Shown: positions 9,731 through 19,478, counted from the first letter of the stretch. The stretch: 64,000 nucleotides of DNA from an uncultured Anaerolineaceae bacterium (GCA_964483405.1 CAZABC010000003.1:19980-83979); one strand, 5' to 3'. Translations and numbers: made by a program. The notes: generated by a model from the sequence alone, not told the origin.

Positions 9731-11130
9731 GCCGGCCCGACCCGTCGCGGCTCGCGGGTCGCGGTCGGCGGTGGCGGCGGCTCGATCCCCCGCTCCGAGA
9801 GCGCGAGGAGGAGCCCGACGACGATCGCGTTCGCGAGGAGCGACGAGCCGCCATAGCTGACGAAGGGCAGGGTGATCCCCGTCAGCGGGATGAGCTTGAG
9901 GTTGCCCGCCGCGATTATGAAGGCCTGGACGCCGACGACGAGGGCGAGCCCGGCCGCCAGCAGGGCCCGGAAGTCGTCGGCGGCGGATGCCGCGATCCGC
10001 AGCCCCCGCTGGACGATGACGAGGTAGAGGGCGAGGATCGCCAGGATGCCGACGAGCCCGAGCTCCTCGCCGAGCGCCGCGAGCGGGAAGTCGGTGTGGA
10101 CGGCGGGGATCGTGATCCGCCCGTTCACCTCCGGCAGACCCGCCCCCAACCCGGTCCCGACGAGCCCGCCGCGGGCGAAGGCGATGAGCGCCTGGACGAC
10201 CTGGTAGCCATCGCCGAGCGGGTCGGCGAACGGGTCGAGCCAGATGTCGACCCGCACCCGGACATGGTCGAAGAGCCGGTAGGCGACCGCCGAGCCGACG
10301 AGGAACAGCAGCCCGCCGCCGATCACGTAGCTCCAGCGCGCCGTGGCGGTGAAGACGAGGAGCAGGAAGACGGCGAACACGAGCAGGGCGGCCCCGAGGT
10401 CGCGCTGGACGACGACGATCGCCAGGGCGATCCCGAGCATCGCGAGGAGCGGGACGAGGGTCGGCAGCGGGGGGAACCGGAGCGGGCCGATCCGCGCGCC
10501 GCCGGTCGCGAGCAGCGGACGCCACTCGGCGAGGTAGCCGGCGAAGAAGACGACGAGGACGATCTTGAGCAGCTCGGTCGGCTGGAACCGGAGCGGACCG
10601 AGCTGGAGGACGAGCCGGGCGCCGTTGACCTCCTCGCCGAACACGAACGTCAGCAGCAGCAGCCCGATGCCGACGGCCGCCCAGCTGTACTTGAAGCGGC
10701 GGAGCCAGCCATCCGAGCGGACGAGGACGGCGATCGCGGCGATGATCGCACCGGCCAGGATCCACCACGCCAGCTGGGTCCGCGACAGCCCACCGAGCGA
10801 GCCGGCGAGGTCCTGCGGGAGCCGCTCCATGAGGAGCAGCCCGAGCCCGCCGATCATCGCCACCGCCGGCAGGAGGACCTGGTCGGTCCGGCGGCCGGTG
10901 AGGACGAGGATGAGGTGGACGGCCGCGAAGACCCCGATGAAGGCCGCCAGCTGGCCCGCGTCCGCGAGCGCGAAGGTCGGCGTCGGTCCGTCGCCCTGCG
11001 CCGCGAGCCAGGCCCGAGTCGCCCCGAGCGAGAGGCTGCCGACGACGAGCGTCGTCGCGACCGCGGCGAGGAGGGCCGCCTCCCGCCAGCGCGGCCGCGG
11101 GTGCGGTCGGAGGCTCGCGACGTCGATCAC
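9727..11130 (-). CDS. rodA: SEDS-family peptidoglycan glycosyltransferase RodA/FtsW
   Basis: About 10 TM helices and the FtsW/RodA/SpoVE signature region (PLTGITLPFVSYGGSS). Confidence 0.9.
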   Translation of the reverse strand: MIDVASLRPHPRPRWREAALLAAVATTLVVGSLSLGATRAWLAAQGDGPTPTFALADAGQLAAFIGVFAAVHLILVLTGRRTDQVLLPAVAMIGGLGLLLMERLPQDLAGSLGGLSRTQLAWWILAGAIIAAIAVLVRSDGWLRRFKYSWAAVGIGLLLLTFVFGEEVNGARLVLQLGPLRFQPTELLKIVLVVFFAGYLAEWRPLLATGGARIGPLRFPPLPTLVPLLAMLGIALAIVVVQRDLGAALLVFAVFLLLVFTATARWSYVIGGGLLFLVGSAVAYRLFDHVRVRVDIWLDPFADPLGDGYQVVQALIAFARGGLVGTGLGAGLPEVNGRITIPAVHTDFPLAALGEELGLVGILAILALYLVIVQRGLRIAASAADDFRALLAAGLALVVGVQAFIIAAGNLKLIPLTGITLPFVSYGGSSLLANAIVVGLLLALSERGIEPPPPPTATREPRRVGPA

Positions 11131-11567
11131 GCCGGCCGGCCTCGGTCGAGGCGGAGGCGCGTCTCGCCGATCACGATCTCGTCGCCGAACCGGCAGAGGG
11201 CCGGCCCGCTGATGCGCCGGCCGTTGAGGTATGTCCCGTTCGTGCTCGCCCGATCCTCGAGGTACCAGGCCCGCCCGCGGTAGGTCAGCACCGCATGGTC
11301 GGCCGAAGCGAACGGATCGCCGAGGACGATCGCGTTGTTCACGTCGCGCCCGAGCGGCGTCACCGCCTCGAGGGCGAAGGCGACGCCGATCGGCGGCTCG
11401 CCCGACGGCGAGGCGACGACGACGAGCCGGCCGAGCTCGACGCCCGGCTCGCGGGCGGCCGACCGGAGGTCGCGGACGAGCGACCGGACGATGAGCGCCA
11501 GGACGAGGTAGATGAGCCCGAGGAAGAGGAGCCGGACGAGCCAGAGGGTGACGAAGAACGGATCCAT
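11127..11567 (-). CDS. fhaB: FHA-domain membrane protein (FhaB-like)
   Basis: N-terminal TM helix then FHA domain (VLGDPFASADHAVL...NGTYLNGRRI). Internal Met at 11567; stop overlaps the rodA start. Confidence 0.75.
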   Translation of the reverse strand: MDPFFVTLWLVRLLFLGLIYLVLALIVRSLVRDLRSAAREPGVELGRLVVVASPSGEPPIGVAFALEAVTPLGRDVNNAIVLGDPFASADHAVLTYRGRAWYLEDRASTNGTYLNGRRISGPALCRFGDEIVIGETRLRLDRGRPA

Positions 11568-11574
11568 CGCCGGT

Positions 11575-12342
11575 TCAGGGTGCCTCGACGACGAGCAGCG
11601 CGTCGCCGATCCGGATCTCGTCGCCCACCCCGAGGGCGATCTCGCGGATGGCCTGGCCGTTGACCGCGACGCCGTTGCGGCTGTCGGTGTCGACGAGGAC
11701 CAGCCCCCCGAATCGGACGACGAGGCGGGCGTGCCGGCGCGAGACCCGTGGGTCGGCCAGGACGAGGTCGTTGTCCGGGGCCCGACCGATCGACAGCCCC
11801 TGCCCGCCGACGACGACCTCGCGCGTCGTCCCGTCCCGATCGCGGACTCGCAGCCGTGCGAGCGGGCCGATCGGCCGCGGCGGGCGGTAGACGAGCGTCG
11901 CGCCGCCCCGCGCGGCATCGGCATCCTCCGCCCGGACGAGGGCGAGCCCAGGGTCGGCGGTCCGATCGGGACCGGACGTCACCCGGACGGCCACGACGGC
12001 GACGTCGCCGGTCGCGACGGCCGGATCGGGAATGAGGTCGACCCGCGGCCGACCGTCGAGCCGGTAGCCGCGCGATCGGGCCAGCCGGAGGATCCCGTCG
12101 GCGAGGTCGGCGGCGAGGTCCGGTGCGGCGTCGGCCAGCGCGGTGAGGTCGCCGGGCGCGAGGCGCACCGCGTATCGGTCGGCGACGACGACCCCGTTCG
12201 GCGACGGGCGGCCCGACTCCTCGACCGCGCGCTCGAGCCGACGGAGCACGAGCAGGGGCTCGAGCCGGGCGCCGAGAAGGCGGGCGGAGGAGCGCTCGAA
12301 GAGCCGCTCGAAGAGCCGCTCGAGGGCGGTGAACGGGCGCAT
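11575..12342 (-). CDS. fhaA: FhaA-like protein (DUF3662 N-domain + C-terminal FHA)
   Basis: N-terminal DUF3662-like region and C-terminal FHA motifs (GRAPDNDLVLADPRVSRRHARL...NGVAVNGQ). Confidence 0.8.
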   Translation of the reverse strand: MRPFTALERLFERLFERSSARLLGARLEPLLVLRRLERAVEESGRPSPNGVVVADRYAVRLAPGDLTALADAAPDLAADLADGILRLARSRGYRLDGRPRVDLIPDPAVATGDVAVVAVRVTSGPDRTADPGLALVRAEDADAARGGATLVYRPPRPIGPLARLRVRDRDGTTREVVVGGQGLSIGRAPDNDLVLADPRVSRRHARLVVRFGGLVLVDTDSRNGVAVNGQAIREIALGVGDEIRIGDALLVVEAP

Positions 12343-12493
12343 GGATGCGGCCCGAGTCTAGCAGGCGACCGGCTCGGGACCATCGTTGGCGGCGGCCAGT
12401 ACCTGCAGGCCGGGGCGGCCAGGGACCCTGCGCTATAGTGTGGCCCCGCTCGGCGGCCGGACCGTCGCCGTGCGGTCGCGCACCGGGGGCCCG

Positions 12494-13846
12494 ATGACCC
12501 AGATCCTCACCGAGTCGTTCTGCGAGCGGTGCGGCACTCGATACACGTTCGAGACCGTCGCCCCGCGACGAGGCGGCATCACCCAGCTCAAGGTCCTGTC
12601 CAAGGGCATCCGGAACTTCGTGATGTCGGACGGAACGACGCTCGAGGACGCCTTCGCCGACGCGAAGAGCGACGTCGACCGGGTCGCCTCGACCCAGCAG
12701 CTCGAGGCCTTCCACAAGACCTTCAACTTCTGCCTCGACTGCCGCCAGTACACCTGCGGCAACTGCTGGAACGAGGCCGAGAACCGGTGCCTGAGCTGCG
12801 AGCCGGACCTGTCGCGCGAGCCGCTCCCGGCCCCCTTCCCCGACCTGGCGCCGGTCGAGCCCATCGCCGCGGCGCCCGAGAGCGAGGACCGGGCGGCGCT
12901 CCTCGCCGCGATGACCTGGCCCGAGACCGACCTGCGGGCGCGCTCGAGCGTCGCAGCCGCTGCCGGAGCCGGGGCGATCGCCGAGGCCGAGACTGCCGAT
13001 GCCGCGGCCGGCGAGGCGGCCGAGCCGGTCGAGCCGGTCGAAGCGGCCGAGCCGGTCGAGCCGGTCGAGCCGGTCGAGGTCGCGGCCCCTGAGGTCGCGG
13101 CCGCGGGGGCGTTGCCCGTACCCGCCGAGGTCGAGACCGAGTCGCCGCCCGCCGTCGCGCCCCTGGCGGCCGAGGCCGGCGCCGACGACCGGGCCGCCGC
13201 GACATCGGCGGCGACGCTCGCCCTGCTCGGACGCTACCGACCCGGCCAGAGCCTCGACGACGAGATCGCCGCGTACGAGCGCGAGACCGAGGTCGAGCCC
13301 GAGCCGATCGCCGCGGAGGCCACGGCCGAGGCCACGACGCTCGCCGAGCCGATCGCCGCCGATGCGGTCGACATCGCCGGGGCCGCGGAGGTCGTCGAGC
13401 CGAGCGTCGGGACCGAGCCGGCCGACGATGTGGACGCCACCCCGGACACAGCGGCGCCCGACGAGCCCGCGGCGGCCGGGGAGCCCGAAGCGGTCGCGCC
13501 GCCGGCCGTCGACCGGGTGGAGCAGCCGGTCTGGGCCCGCACGCCGCCGGTGGCTCCGACGGAGGCCCCGGCGCCGCCGGCGCCAACGGTCCCGCCGGCG
13601 CCGCAGTGGCCGACCGCCCCGAGCGGCGAGGCCCCGCAATGGCCCACCGCGGCGGCCTTCCTGCCGATCGCCGACCCGACGGTGGCGCGGGTCCGCGACG
13701 CGATGTGGGCCGCCTCGAACGTCGAGGTCGCCCAGGTCCCTTCGGGCGTCGCCCGTGCGGCCGGCGTGCAGTCCTGTGCCAACTGCGGCCTGTCGCTCTC
13801 GGCGAACGCGCGCTTCTGCCGTCGCTGCGGCACCCGCCAGGGCTGA
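12494..13846 (+). CDS. Double zinc-ribbon protein with long acidic A/E/P-rich linker
   Basis: N-terminal CxxC...CxxC pairs (CERCG...CLDCRQYTCGNC...CLSCEP) and a C-terminal CANCG...CRRCG ribbon. The centre is low-complexity and includes an EPV repeat. Start at internal Met 12494. Confidence 0.6.
   Translation: MTQILTESFCERCGTRYTFETVAPRRGGITQLKVLSKGIRNFVMSDGTTLEDAFADAKSDVDRVASTQQLEAFHKTFNFCLDCRQYTCGNCWNEAENRCLSCEPDLSREPLPAPFPDLAPVEPIAAAPESEDRAALLAAMTWPETDLRARSSVAAAAGAGAIAEAETADAAAGEAAEPVEPVEAAEPVEPVEPVEVAAPEVAAAGALPVPAEVETESPPAVAPLAAEAGADDRAAATSAATLALLGRYRPGQSLDDEIAAYERETEVEPEPIAAEATAEATTLAEPIAADAVDIAGAAEVVEPSVGTEPADDVDATPDTAAPDEPAAAGEPEAVAPPAVDRVEQPVWARTPPVAPTEAPAPPAPTVPPAPQWPTAPSGEAPQWPTAAAFLPIADPTVARVRDAMWAASNVEVAQVPSGVARAAGVQSCANCGLSLSANARFCRRCGTRQG
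13019..13078. repeat. 9-bp tandem repeat (gagccggtc, about 6 copies) encoding (EPV)n inside the zinc-ribbon gene
   Basis: Read directly in the sequence: gagccggtcgagccggtcgaagcggccgagccggtcgagccggtcgagccggtcgag. Confidence 0.8.
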
Positions 13847-13850
13847 GGAC

Positions 13851-14762
13851 TCAGGCCGCGCCCGGGGCCGCACCCTCGCCGGCCGGCGCCCCGGCGCTCG
13901 CCGTGCCCGGTCGGTCGCGATCGCCCGTCGGCCAGCCCATCGTCGAGCGGGGCGGCTCGCCCTGCGCTCGGACCCGGACCCAGCTGATGCCGGTGACGGC
14001 AAGGCGCGCGGAGAACTCGAGCCAGATCAGCAGCGCGAACACGGCGGTCAGCGCGCCGTAGAGCGAGGCGGTCCCCGCGAGGAGCGGCACGAGCAGGGTG
14101 AAGAGCTGCGTCAGCAGGCCGAAGCCGAGGCCCATCACCGCCGCGGGGACGAGGACGAGCGACCAGGCGGGCCGCGAGCGCGGCAGGTACCGGTAGACGA
14201 GGGCGAGACCGCCCCCGAAGACGGCCCCGGCGACGACGACCGCGGCGGGCTGCCGGAGCTCCCCGCTGAAGCCTTCGCCGAACAGGCGCGCGAGGAGGTT
14301 GGAGGCGACGACCGCCGCCACGATCGCCGCACCGACGACCGCGAGGACGAGCGCCACGCCGACGAGCCCGATCGCGCCGCGGGCGAACGGATCCCGACGA
14401 CGCTCCTCCCCGAAGATCACCGCGCAGGCGACCTCGAGGGTCTGGAAGACGCCGCTCGCGCCCCAGGCGAGGCCGATGAGGGCGATGATTGTGAACGGGA
14501 CGGCGCCCGAGGCGATGACGCCGAGCGTGTCCTCGAGCAGGTCGGCGAGCGGCGGGAAGAGCTCGGCGAGGCCCTCGATCACGCGGGCCTGGACGGCCGG
14601 GTCGCTGACGATGAAGCCGATGAACGAGACGACGAGGAGGAGGCCGGGGAGCAGCGCGAGCATCGCCTTCGTGGCGAGGCCGGCCGCGAGCACCGGGCCA
14701 CCGGCCATGCCATCGACGTGGAGGACGACGAGGACGAGGTGGACGAGCGACCAGCTGGTCAC
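13851..14762 (-). CDS. YihY/BrkB-family inner-membrane protein
   Basis: Six predicted TM helices and YihY/virulence-factor-BrkB-like organisation across 303 aa. Confidence 0.75.
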   Translation of the reverse strand: MTSWSLVHLVLVVLHVDGMAGGPVLAAGLATKAMLALLPGLLLVVSFIGFIVSDPAVQARVIEGLAELFPPLADLLEDTLGVIASGAVPFTIIALIGLAWGASGVFQTLEVACAVIFGEERRRDPFARGAIGLVGVALVLAVVGAAIVAAVVASNLLARLFGEGFSGELRQPAAVVVAGAVFGGGLALVYRYLPRSRPAWSLVLVPAAVMGLGFGLLTQLFTLLVPLLAGTASLYGALTAVFALLIWLEFSARLAVTGISWVRVRAQGEPPRSTMGWPTGDRDRPGTASAGAPAGEGAAPGAA

Positions 14763-14827
14763 GCGGTCGATGAGCGGGACGATGCGCCCGATCCAGAGTC
14801 GCTCGACCCGGCGGCGGATGGTGTCCG

Positions 14828-15064
14828 TCAGACGTCCTCGAACAGGCCCGGCTGGAGGTCGTCGGCGCGGACCCGGCGCGGCGCCGCGACGAGCGCCCGG
14901 ACCTCGGCCCGTCGGACGAACCGGCGGCCGCCGAGCTTGATGCTCTGGAGCCGGCCGCTCCGCGCCCAGGCGCCGATCGTCGCCGGCCGGAAGTGGACGT
15001 TGGCTGCGGCGAGGAGCTCGGCCGCCTCGGCAAGGGTGATCCAGTCGCTCGGCACGGGCGCCAT
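14828..15064 (-). CDS. Small helix-turn-helix DNA-binding protein (excisionase/MerR-like HTH)
   Basis: 78 aa with the motif ITLAEAAELL...IGAWARSGRLQSIKLGGRRFVRRAEV, typical of the excisionase-family HTH. Confidence 0.55.
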   Translation of the reverse strand: MAPVPSDWITLAEAAELLAAANVHFRPATIGAWARSGRLQSIKLGGRRFVRRAEVRALVAAPRRVRADDLQPGLFEDV

Positions 15065-15067
15065 CGG

Positions 15068-15427
15068 TCAGTCCGCCGGCCCGCTGCCGCCGGTCGATGC
15101 GCCGGGCCCGCCGCTCGGCGTCGCCGTCCCGTCGCTCGGCGTCGTCGCTCCCCTGGCTACGGAGGAACCGTCACCGGTCGCGGTCGACGTGCCGCCCGCC
15201 GGCGCGGTGTCGGCGGCCGGCTTGGCCTTGCCCGGCGTGACGGTCGCCGAGCGGTCCTTCTTCGCCCACCCCGAGCCCTTGAAGTGGATCGCCGGCGGCG
15301 CGAACGACTTCGTCATCGAACCGGCGGCGCCGCAGTCCGGGCAGACCTTCGGGCCGTGGCCGTGGATGGCGTGGACGACCTCCATCCGGTGGCCGCAGCG
15401 CGAGCAGACGTAGTCGTAGGTCGGCAT
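15068..15427 (-). CDS. FmdB-family zinc-ribbon regulatory protein
   Basis: MPTYDYVCSRCGH...CPDCG consensus at the N-terminus; the C-terminal tail is G/T/S-rich. Confidence 0.7.
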   Translation of the reverse strand: MPTYDYVCSRCGHRMEVVHAIHGHGPKVCPDCGAAGSMTKSFAPPAIHFKGSGWAKKDRSATVTPGKAKPAADTAPAGGTSTATGDGSSVARGATTPSDGTATPSGGPGASTGGSGPAD

Positions 15428-15437
15428 CGTCGGGTCG

Positions 15438-16199
15438 TCAGCCGCGCAGGAGGCGCATCCCGCACTTCGGACAGTAGAACGCCCGCTCGTGCCCGGATGC
15501 GAAGCCGCAGTGGGCGCACACGACGCCGCCCCGGCCGGCGGCCGGGACCGGCCGCTCGACCGCCGTCAGGCCGACCGCGTGGCCGCTCGCGAGGATGTTC
15601 GTCAGGAGCCCGGCGAGGAGCTTCTGGGCGATCCGGTCGGTGTCGCCGCGGACACCCCGCCCGCCCCAGCCGACGACGGCCCGGACGATCATGTCGCCGG
15701 TGGTCTCGTCCCAGTGGGACGCGACGCCGCCGACGATCGCGCTGTAGTCCGGGTAGCCGGACGTGTCGACGTCGCCGTCGAGCATGGCGCAGACGAACGT
15801 GTCGAAGGCGAGATCGATCGCGTCGATCGTCTCGAGGACCATCAGCGCATGGCGCGTGATCGGCGAGTGCGCGTGGTGGGCGTTGAGCCACTGCATCGCC
15901 TCGGACGGGCGGACGATCACCGGCGCCGCCTGGCTGAACTCGATCGGCAGCGGTTCGACGACCTCGATCTCGCTCCGCGCGAGCCCGCCGAGCATCGACG
16001 GCAGGGCGGCCATCGCATTCGGCCCGGCCTGCATCCGGACGCCGTCGCTCGTCTTGCCCGCGTAGTAGAGCCGGAGCTGGTGCTCCTGGGCGACGACCTC
16101 CTCGGGCAGGGTGATCGACCCGGTCGTCGCGACCGGCGGCGTCGCCGGCGTCGCGGCGGGCTCCTGCGTCGGTTTGCGCTTGAGGAAGTCGAGCGGCAC
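15438..16199 (-). CDS. Hypothetical protein with C-terminal CxxC...CxxC zinc ribbon
   Basis: Real part begins at a GTG (VPLDFLKRK...) at 16199. It has a balanced composition and ends CAHCGF...CPKCGMRLL. The upstream 460 codons of the track ORF are R/G/P junk. Confidence 0.5.
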   Translation of the reverse strand: MPLDFLKRKPTQEPAATPATPPVATTGSITLPEEVVAQEHQLRLYYAGKTSDGVRMQAGPNAMAALPSMLGGLARSEIEVVEPLPIEFSQAAPVIVRPSEAMQWLNAHHAHSPITRHALMVLETIDAIDLAFDTFVCAMLDGDVDTSGYPDYSAIVGGVASHWDETTGDMIVRAVVGWGGRGVRGDTDRIAQKLLAGLLTNILASGHAVGLTAVERPVPAAGRGGVVCAHCGFASGHERAFYCPKCGMRLLRG

Positions 16200-16282
16200 G
16201 AGCGTCTCCGATCGGTCGGGGTGTCGCCCGTCATCGTAGCAGCGCGCCGAGGCGCCGCGCCACGACCCCGATCGAGGCGACG

Positions 16283-19018
16283 TCAGTCGCCGAGCCGCTC
16301 GCGGAGCCTGGCGACCGTCTCGCCGAGCTCGGCCGCTCGCGACCGCGCGCCGTCCACGACGGCCGGCGGGGCCTTGGCGACGAAGTCGGCGTTGCCGAGC
16401 CGGGCGAGCGCGGCGGCGAGCGCGCGCTCCGCGTCCTCGAGGTCGCGGCTCAATCGGGCCCGCTCGACCGCCGCGGCGGCCTCGTCGACGACGGGCCGAC
16501 CGAGCACCGCCTCGATCGCGCCGGCGATGACCGTCAGCCCGCCGGCCGCCCGGGCCGGCTCGAGGCCCTCCACGGTCAGCCGGCGCTCGATCGGTCGGAC
16601 CCGGGCGAGCCGCTCGACCGCCGGCCGAAGCGCCTCGAACGTCTCCGCGCGGCCGGACGGGACATGGACGTCGAGCGGCAGCCAGGTGCCGGGCGCGATG
16701 CCTGCCTCCATCCGGCCGTTCCGGATGGCCCGGACGAGCTCGACGACCGCCTCGACGGGGGCCTCGGCCTCGGCGTCGATCCCCGACGGCGCCGGCCAAC
16801 GGGCGACGACGAGCAGGCCCGGGTCGCTCGCGCGGTGCGGCAGCCCGCCCCAGATCACCTCGGTGACGAAGGGCATGACCGGGTGGAGCAGGCGGAGATA
16901 CGTGTCGAGGACCTCGACGAGCGTCCACCAGGTCGCCTCGCGCGCCGCGTCGGTCAGCGACCCGTCGGCGAGGCGGACCTTGGCGAGCTCGAGGTACCAG
17001 TCGCAGTACTCGCCCCAGATCGCCTCGTAGAGGATCCGCGTCACCTCGCCGATCTGATGATCCGCCAGCGCCCGGTCGACCGCCATCACGGTCGCCGCCG
17101 CCCGCGACCGGATCCAGCGGTCGGCCGGCCCGAGGTCGGCCTCCGTCGGCAGCCGGCGCTCGATGTCGGGGGCGATCGTCGTCGGCCGGGCGCCGAGGAC
17201 GAAGCGCGCCGCGTTCCACAGCTTGTTCGCGAAGTTGCGGGCGTTCTCGAGCTTTGCCGGCCCGAGCCGCGTGTCGGCGCCCGGCGCCGTCGCATGGACG
17301 AGGGCGAAGCGGAGCGCGTCGGCGCCGTACGTGTCGATCGTCTCGAGCGGGTCGACGACGTTGCCCTTCGTCTTCGACATCTTCTGGCCGTACGGGTCGC
17401 GCACGAGCCCCGACAGGTAGATGACCTCGAACGGCGCCTCGCCGGTCAGGTGGATGCCGAGCATCATCATCCGGGCGACCCAGAAGAAGATGATGTCGTA
17501 GGCGGTCTCCATCACGGTGCCCGGGTGGTACCGGGCGAGGTCCGCGGTCTCGTCGGGCCAGCCGAGCGTCGAGAACGGCCACAGGCCCGAGCTGAACCAG
17601 GTGTCGAAGATGTCACTCTCCTGGGTCAGCTCGACCGCCGGACGGCCGCAGGCCTCGCAGGCGTCGGGCCCGGCCTCGGCATCGCTCACGGTCACGTGCC
17701 CGTCCGGGCAGTACCAGGCCGGGATCCGGTGGCCCCACCACAGCTGCCGGCTGACGTTCCAGTCGCGGATCCTCGTCAGCCAGTGCTCCCAGACCTTCAC
17801 GAACCGCTCGGGGACGATCCGGGTCCGCCCGGATCGGGTCGCGGCGAGGGCGGCCTCGGCCAGCGGGCCGGTCCGGATGAACCACTGCGTCCGCGGGAGC
17901 GGCTCGATGACGTCGTTGCTCCGCTGGCAGCGCCCGATGAGCATCTCGTGTGGCCGGCTCCCGGCCAGGTCGCCGCGGGCCTCGAGGTCGCGGAGGATCG
18001 CGGTCCGGGCCTCGGCCCGGTCGAGCCCCGCGTAGCCGGCTCCGTGCGCGTTGATCGTCCCGTCGTCGTCGAGGACGGTGATCATCGGCAGGCCGTGCCG
18101 CCGTCCGGTGTCGTAGTCGTCCTGGTCGTGGGACGGGGTGATCTTCACCGCGCCGGTCCCGAAGCCGCGCTCGACGACCGGGTCGGCGATGATCGGGACG
18201 TCGCGCTCGACGAACGGGATCCGGACCCGGCGACCGACGAGGGCCGCGTACCGCTCGTCGTCGGGATGGACGGCCACCGCCGTGTCGCCGAGGATCGTCT
18301 CCGGCCGCGTCGTGGCGACGGTGATCGTCTCGTCCGGCGAGGGGACGCCGGCGTCGTCGAGCAGGTGGTAGCGGATGTCCCAGAGGGTCCCGATCTCGGG
18401 CGTCGGGATGACCTCGAGGTCCGACACGCTCGTCCGGCAGCCCGGGCACCAGTTGATGAGTGCCTCGGTCCGGTAGGCGAGGCCGTCGCGGTAGAGCCGG
18501 GCGAAGGCGTGGCGGACGGCCTTCGCCGACACGTCGTCCATCGTGAACCGCAGTCGTCCCCAGTCGAGGGAGGCCCCGACGCGCCGCTGCTGGGTCAGCA
18601 TCACCGGCCGCGTCTCCTCCACGAACGCCCGCATCCGCTCGAGGTAGCGCTCTCGGCCGAGGGTCTGGCGGCTCTCGCCCTCGGCGGCGAGGAGCCGGTC
18701 GAGGACGACCTGGGCGGCGATGCTCGCATGGTCGAGACCCGGCAGCCAGAGCGTCGGCCGGCCGAGCATCCGAGCGTGCCGGACCATGAGGTCCTCGACC
18801 GTCGACCGCTGGGCATGGCCAAGGTGGAGCGAGCCGGTGATGTTGGGCGGCGGCTGGATGATGACGAAGGGCGGGAGCGAAGGATCGGCGGTCGAGCCGG
18901 CGCCATCCGGCGCGAACACGTCGGCCGCGAGCCAGCGCTCGTAGACCGGCCCCTCGAACCGGGCCGGCTCGTACGCCTTCGGCAGGCCGCCGCCGGCCGT
19001 TCCCTGCGCCTCGGTCAT
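16283..19018 (-). CDS. valS: Valine--tRNA ligase
   Basis: HIGH motif (PNITGSLHLGHA), KMSKS motif (KMSKTKGN) and a full class-I editing-domain architecture over 911 aa. Confidence 0.95.
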   Translation of the reverse strand: MTEAQGTAGGGLPKAYEPARFEGPVYERWLAADVFAPDGAGSTADPSLPPFVIIQPPPNITGSLHLGHAQRSTVEDLMVRHARMLGRPTLWLPGLDHASIAAQVVLDRLLAAEGESRQTLGRERYLERMRAFVEETRPVMLTQQRRVGASLDWGRLRFTMDDVSAKAVRHAFARLYRDGLAYRTEALINWCPGCRTSVSDLEVIPTPEIGTLWDIRYHLLDDAGVPSPDETITVATTRPETILGDTAVAVHPDDERYAALVGRRVRIPFVERDVPIIADPVVERGFGTGAVKITPSHDQDDYDTGRRHGLPMITVLDDDGTINAHGAGYAGLDRAEARTAILRDLEARGDLAGSRPHEMLIGRCQRSNDVIEPLPRTQWFIRTGPLAEAALAATRSGRTRIVPERFVKVWEHWLTRIRDWNVSRQLWWGHRIPAWYCPDGHVTVSDAEAGPDACEACGRPAVELTQESDIFDTWFSSGLWPFSTLGWPDETADLARYHPGTVMETAYDIIFFWVARMMMLGIHLTGEAPFEVIYLSGLVRDPYGQKMSKTKGNVVDPLETIDTYGADALRFALVHATAPGADTRLGPAKLENARNFANKLWNAARFVLGARPTTIAPDIERRLPTEADLGPADRWIRSRAAATVMAVDRALADHQIGEVTRILYEAIWGEYCDWYLELAKVRLADGSLTDAAREATWWTLVEVLDTYLRLLHPVMPFVTEVIWGGLPHRASDPGLLVVARWPAPSGIDAEAEAPVEAVVELVRAIRNGRMEAGIAPGTWLPLDVHVPSGRAETFEALRPAVERLARVRPIERRLTVEGLEPARAAGGLTVIAGAIEAVLGRPVVDEAAAAVERARLSRDLEDAERALAAALARLGNADFVAKAPPAVVDGARSRAAELGETVARLRERLGD

Positions 19019-19478
19019 CGCGTCGTCCTCGCCTCCGAAACGGAACGCCCCGCTCGTCCAGCGGACGAACGGGGTCGTGGTACCACCTGCTGGTTCGGCG
19101 TCGGGGTCCCGCCGCTCATCGCGGCCGACCGGATCCGGCGCCCTCGTGGCGCGCTATCGGGCGCCGACCGCACGGCTCGCGAGCGACCTTCGGTCCCGTC
19201 GTGCCTGCGCGGCTCGCACCGTCCCGCGCTCGCTCCGTGGCCGACCCGGGCCTACTCCTCTCGGTCGTCGCCGTGAGGCCGGGAGTGTAGCACGCGTCCT
19301 GGCGCCGGCCGGCGGCGCCGAGGTCGGTCGGCTGCCCCGCTCACGGGCGCTTCGGCGACGGACTCGGGCGCTTCGGCCCTGATCCCCGGCGCCACCCGGC
19401 GCGGTACACCAGACCCGGCCCGGGGCCATGACGGTCATCGTCGGCCCGCCCGGGCCCGCAGAACGACGAGGCCGATCG

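Noticed and set aside
19019-19430. Possible T-box or riboswitch leader, or a tRNA, in the 400-bp region upstream of valS
   Set aside because: No specifier-loop/T-box motif, no tRNA-like cloverleaf and no conserved riboswitch core could be recognised by eye. It was treated as an ordinary 5' UTR/promoter region.
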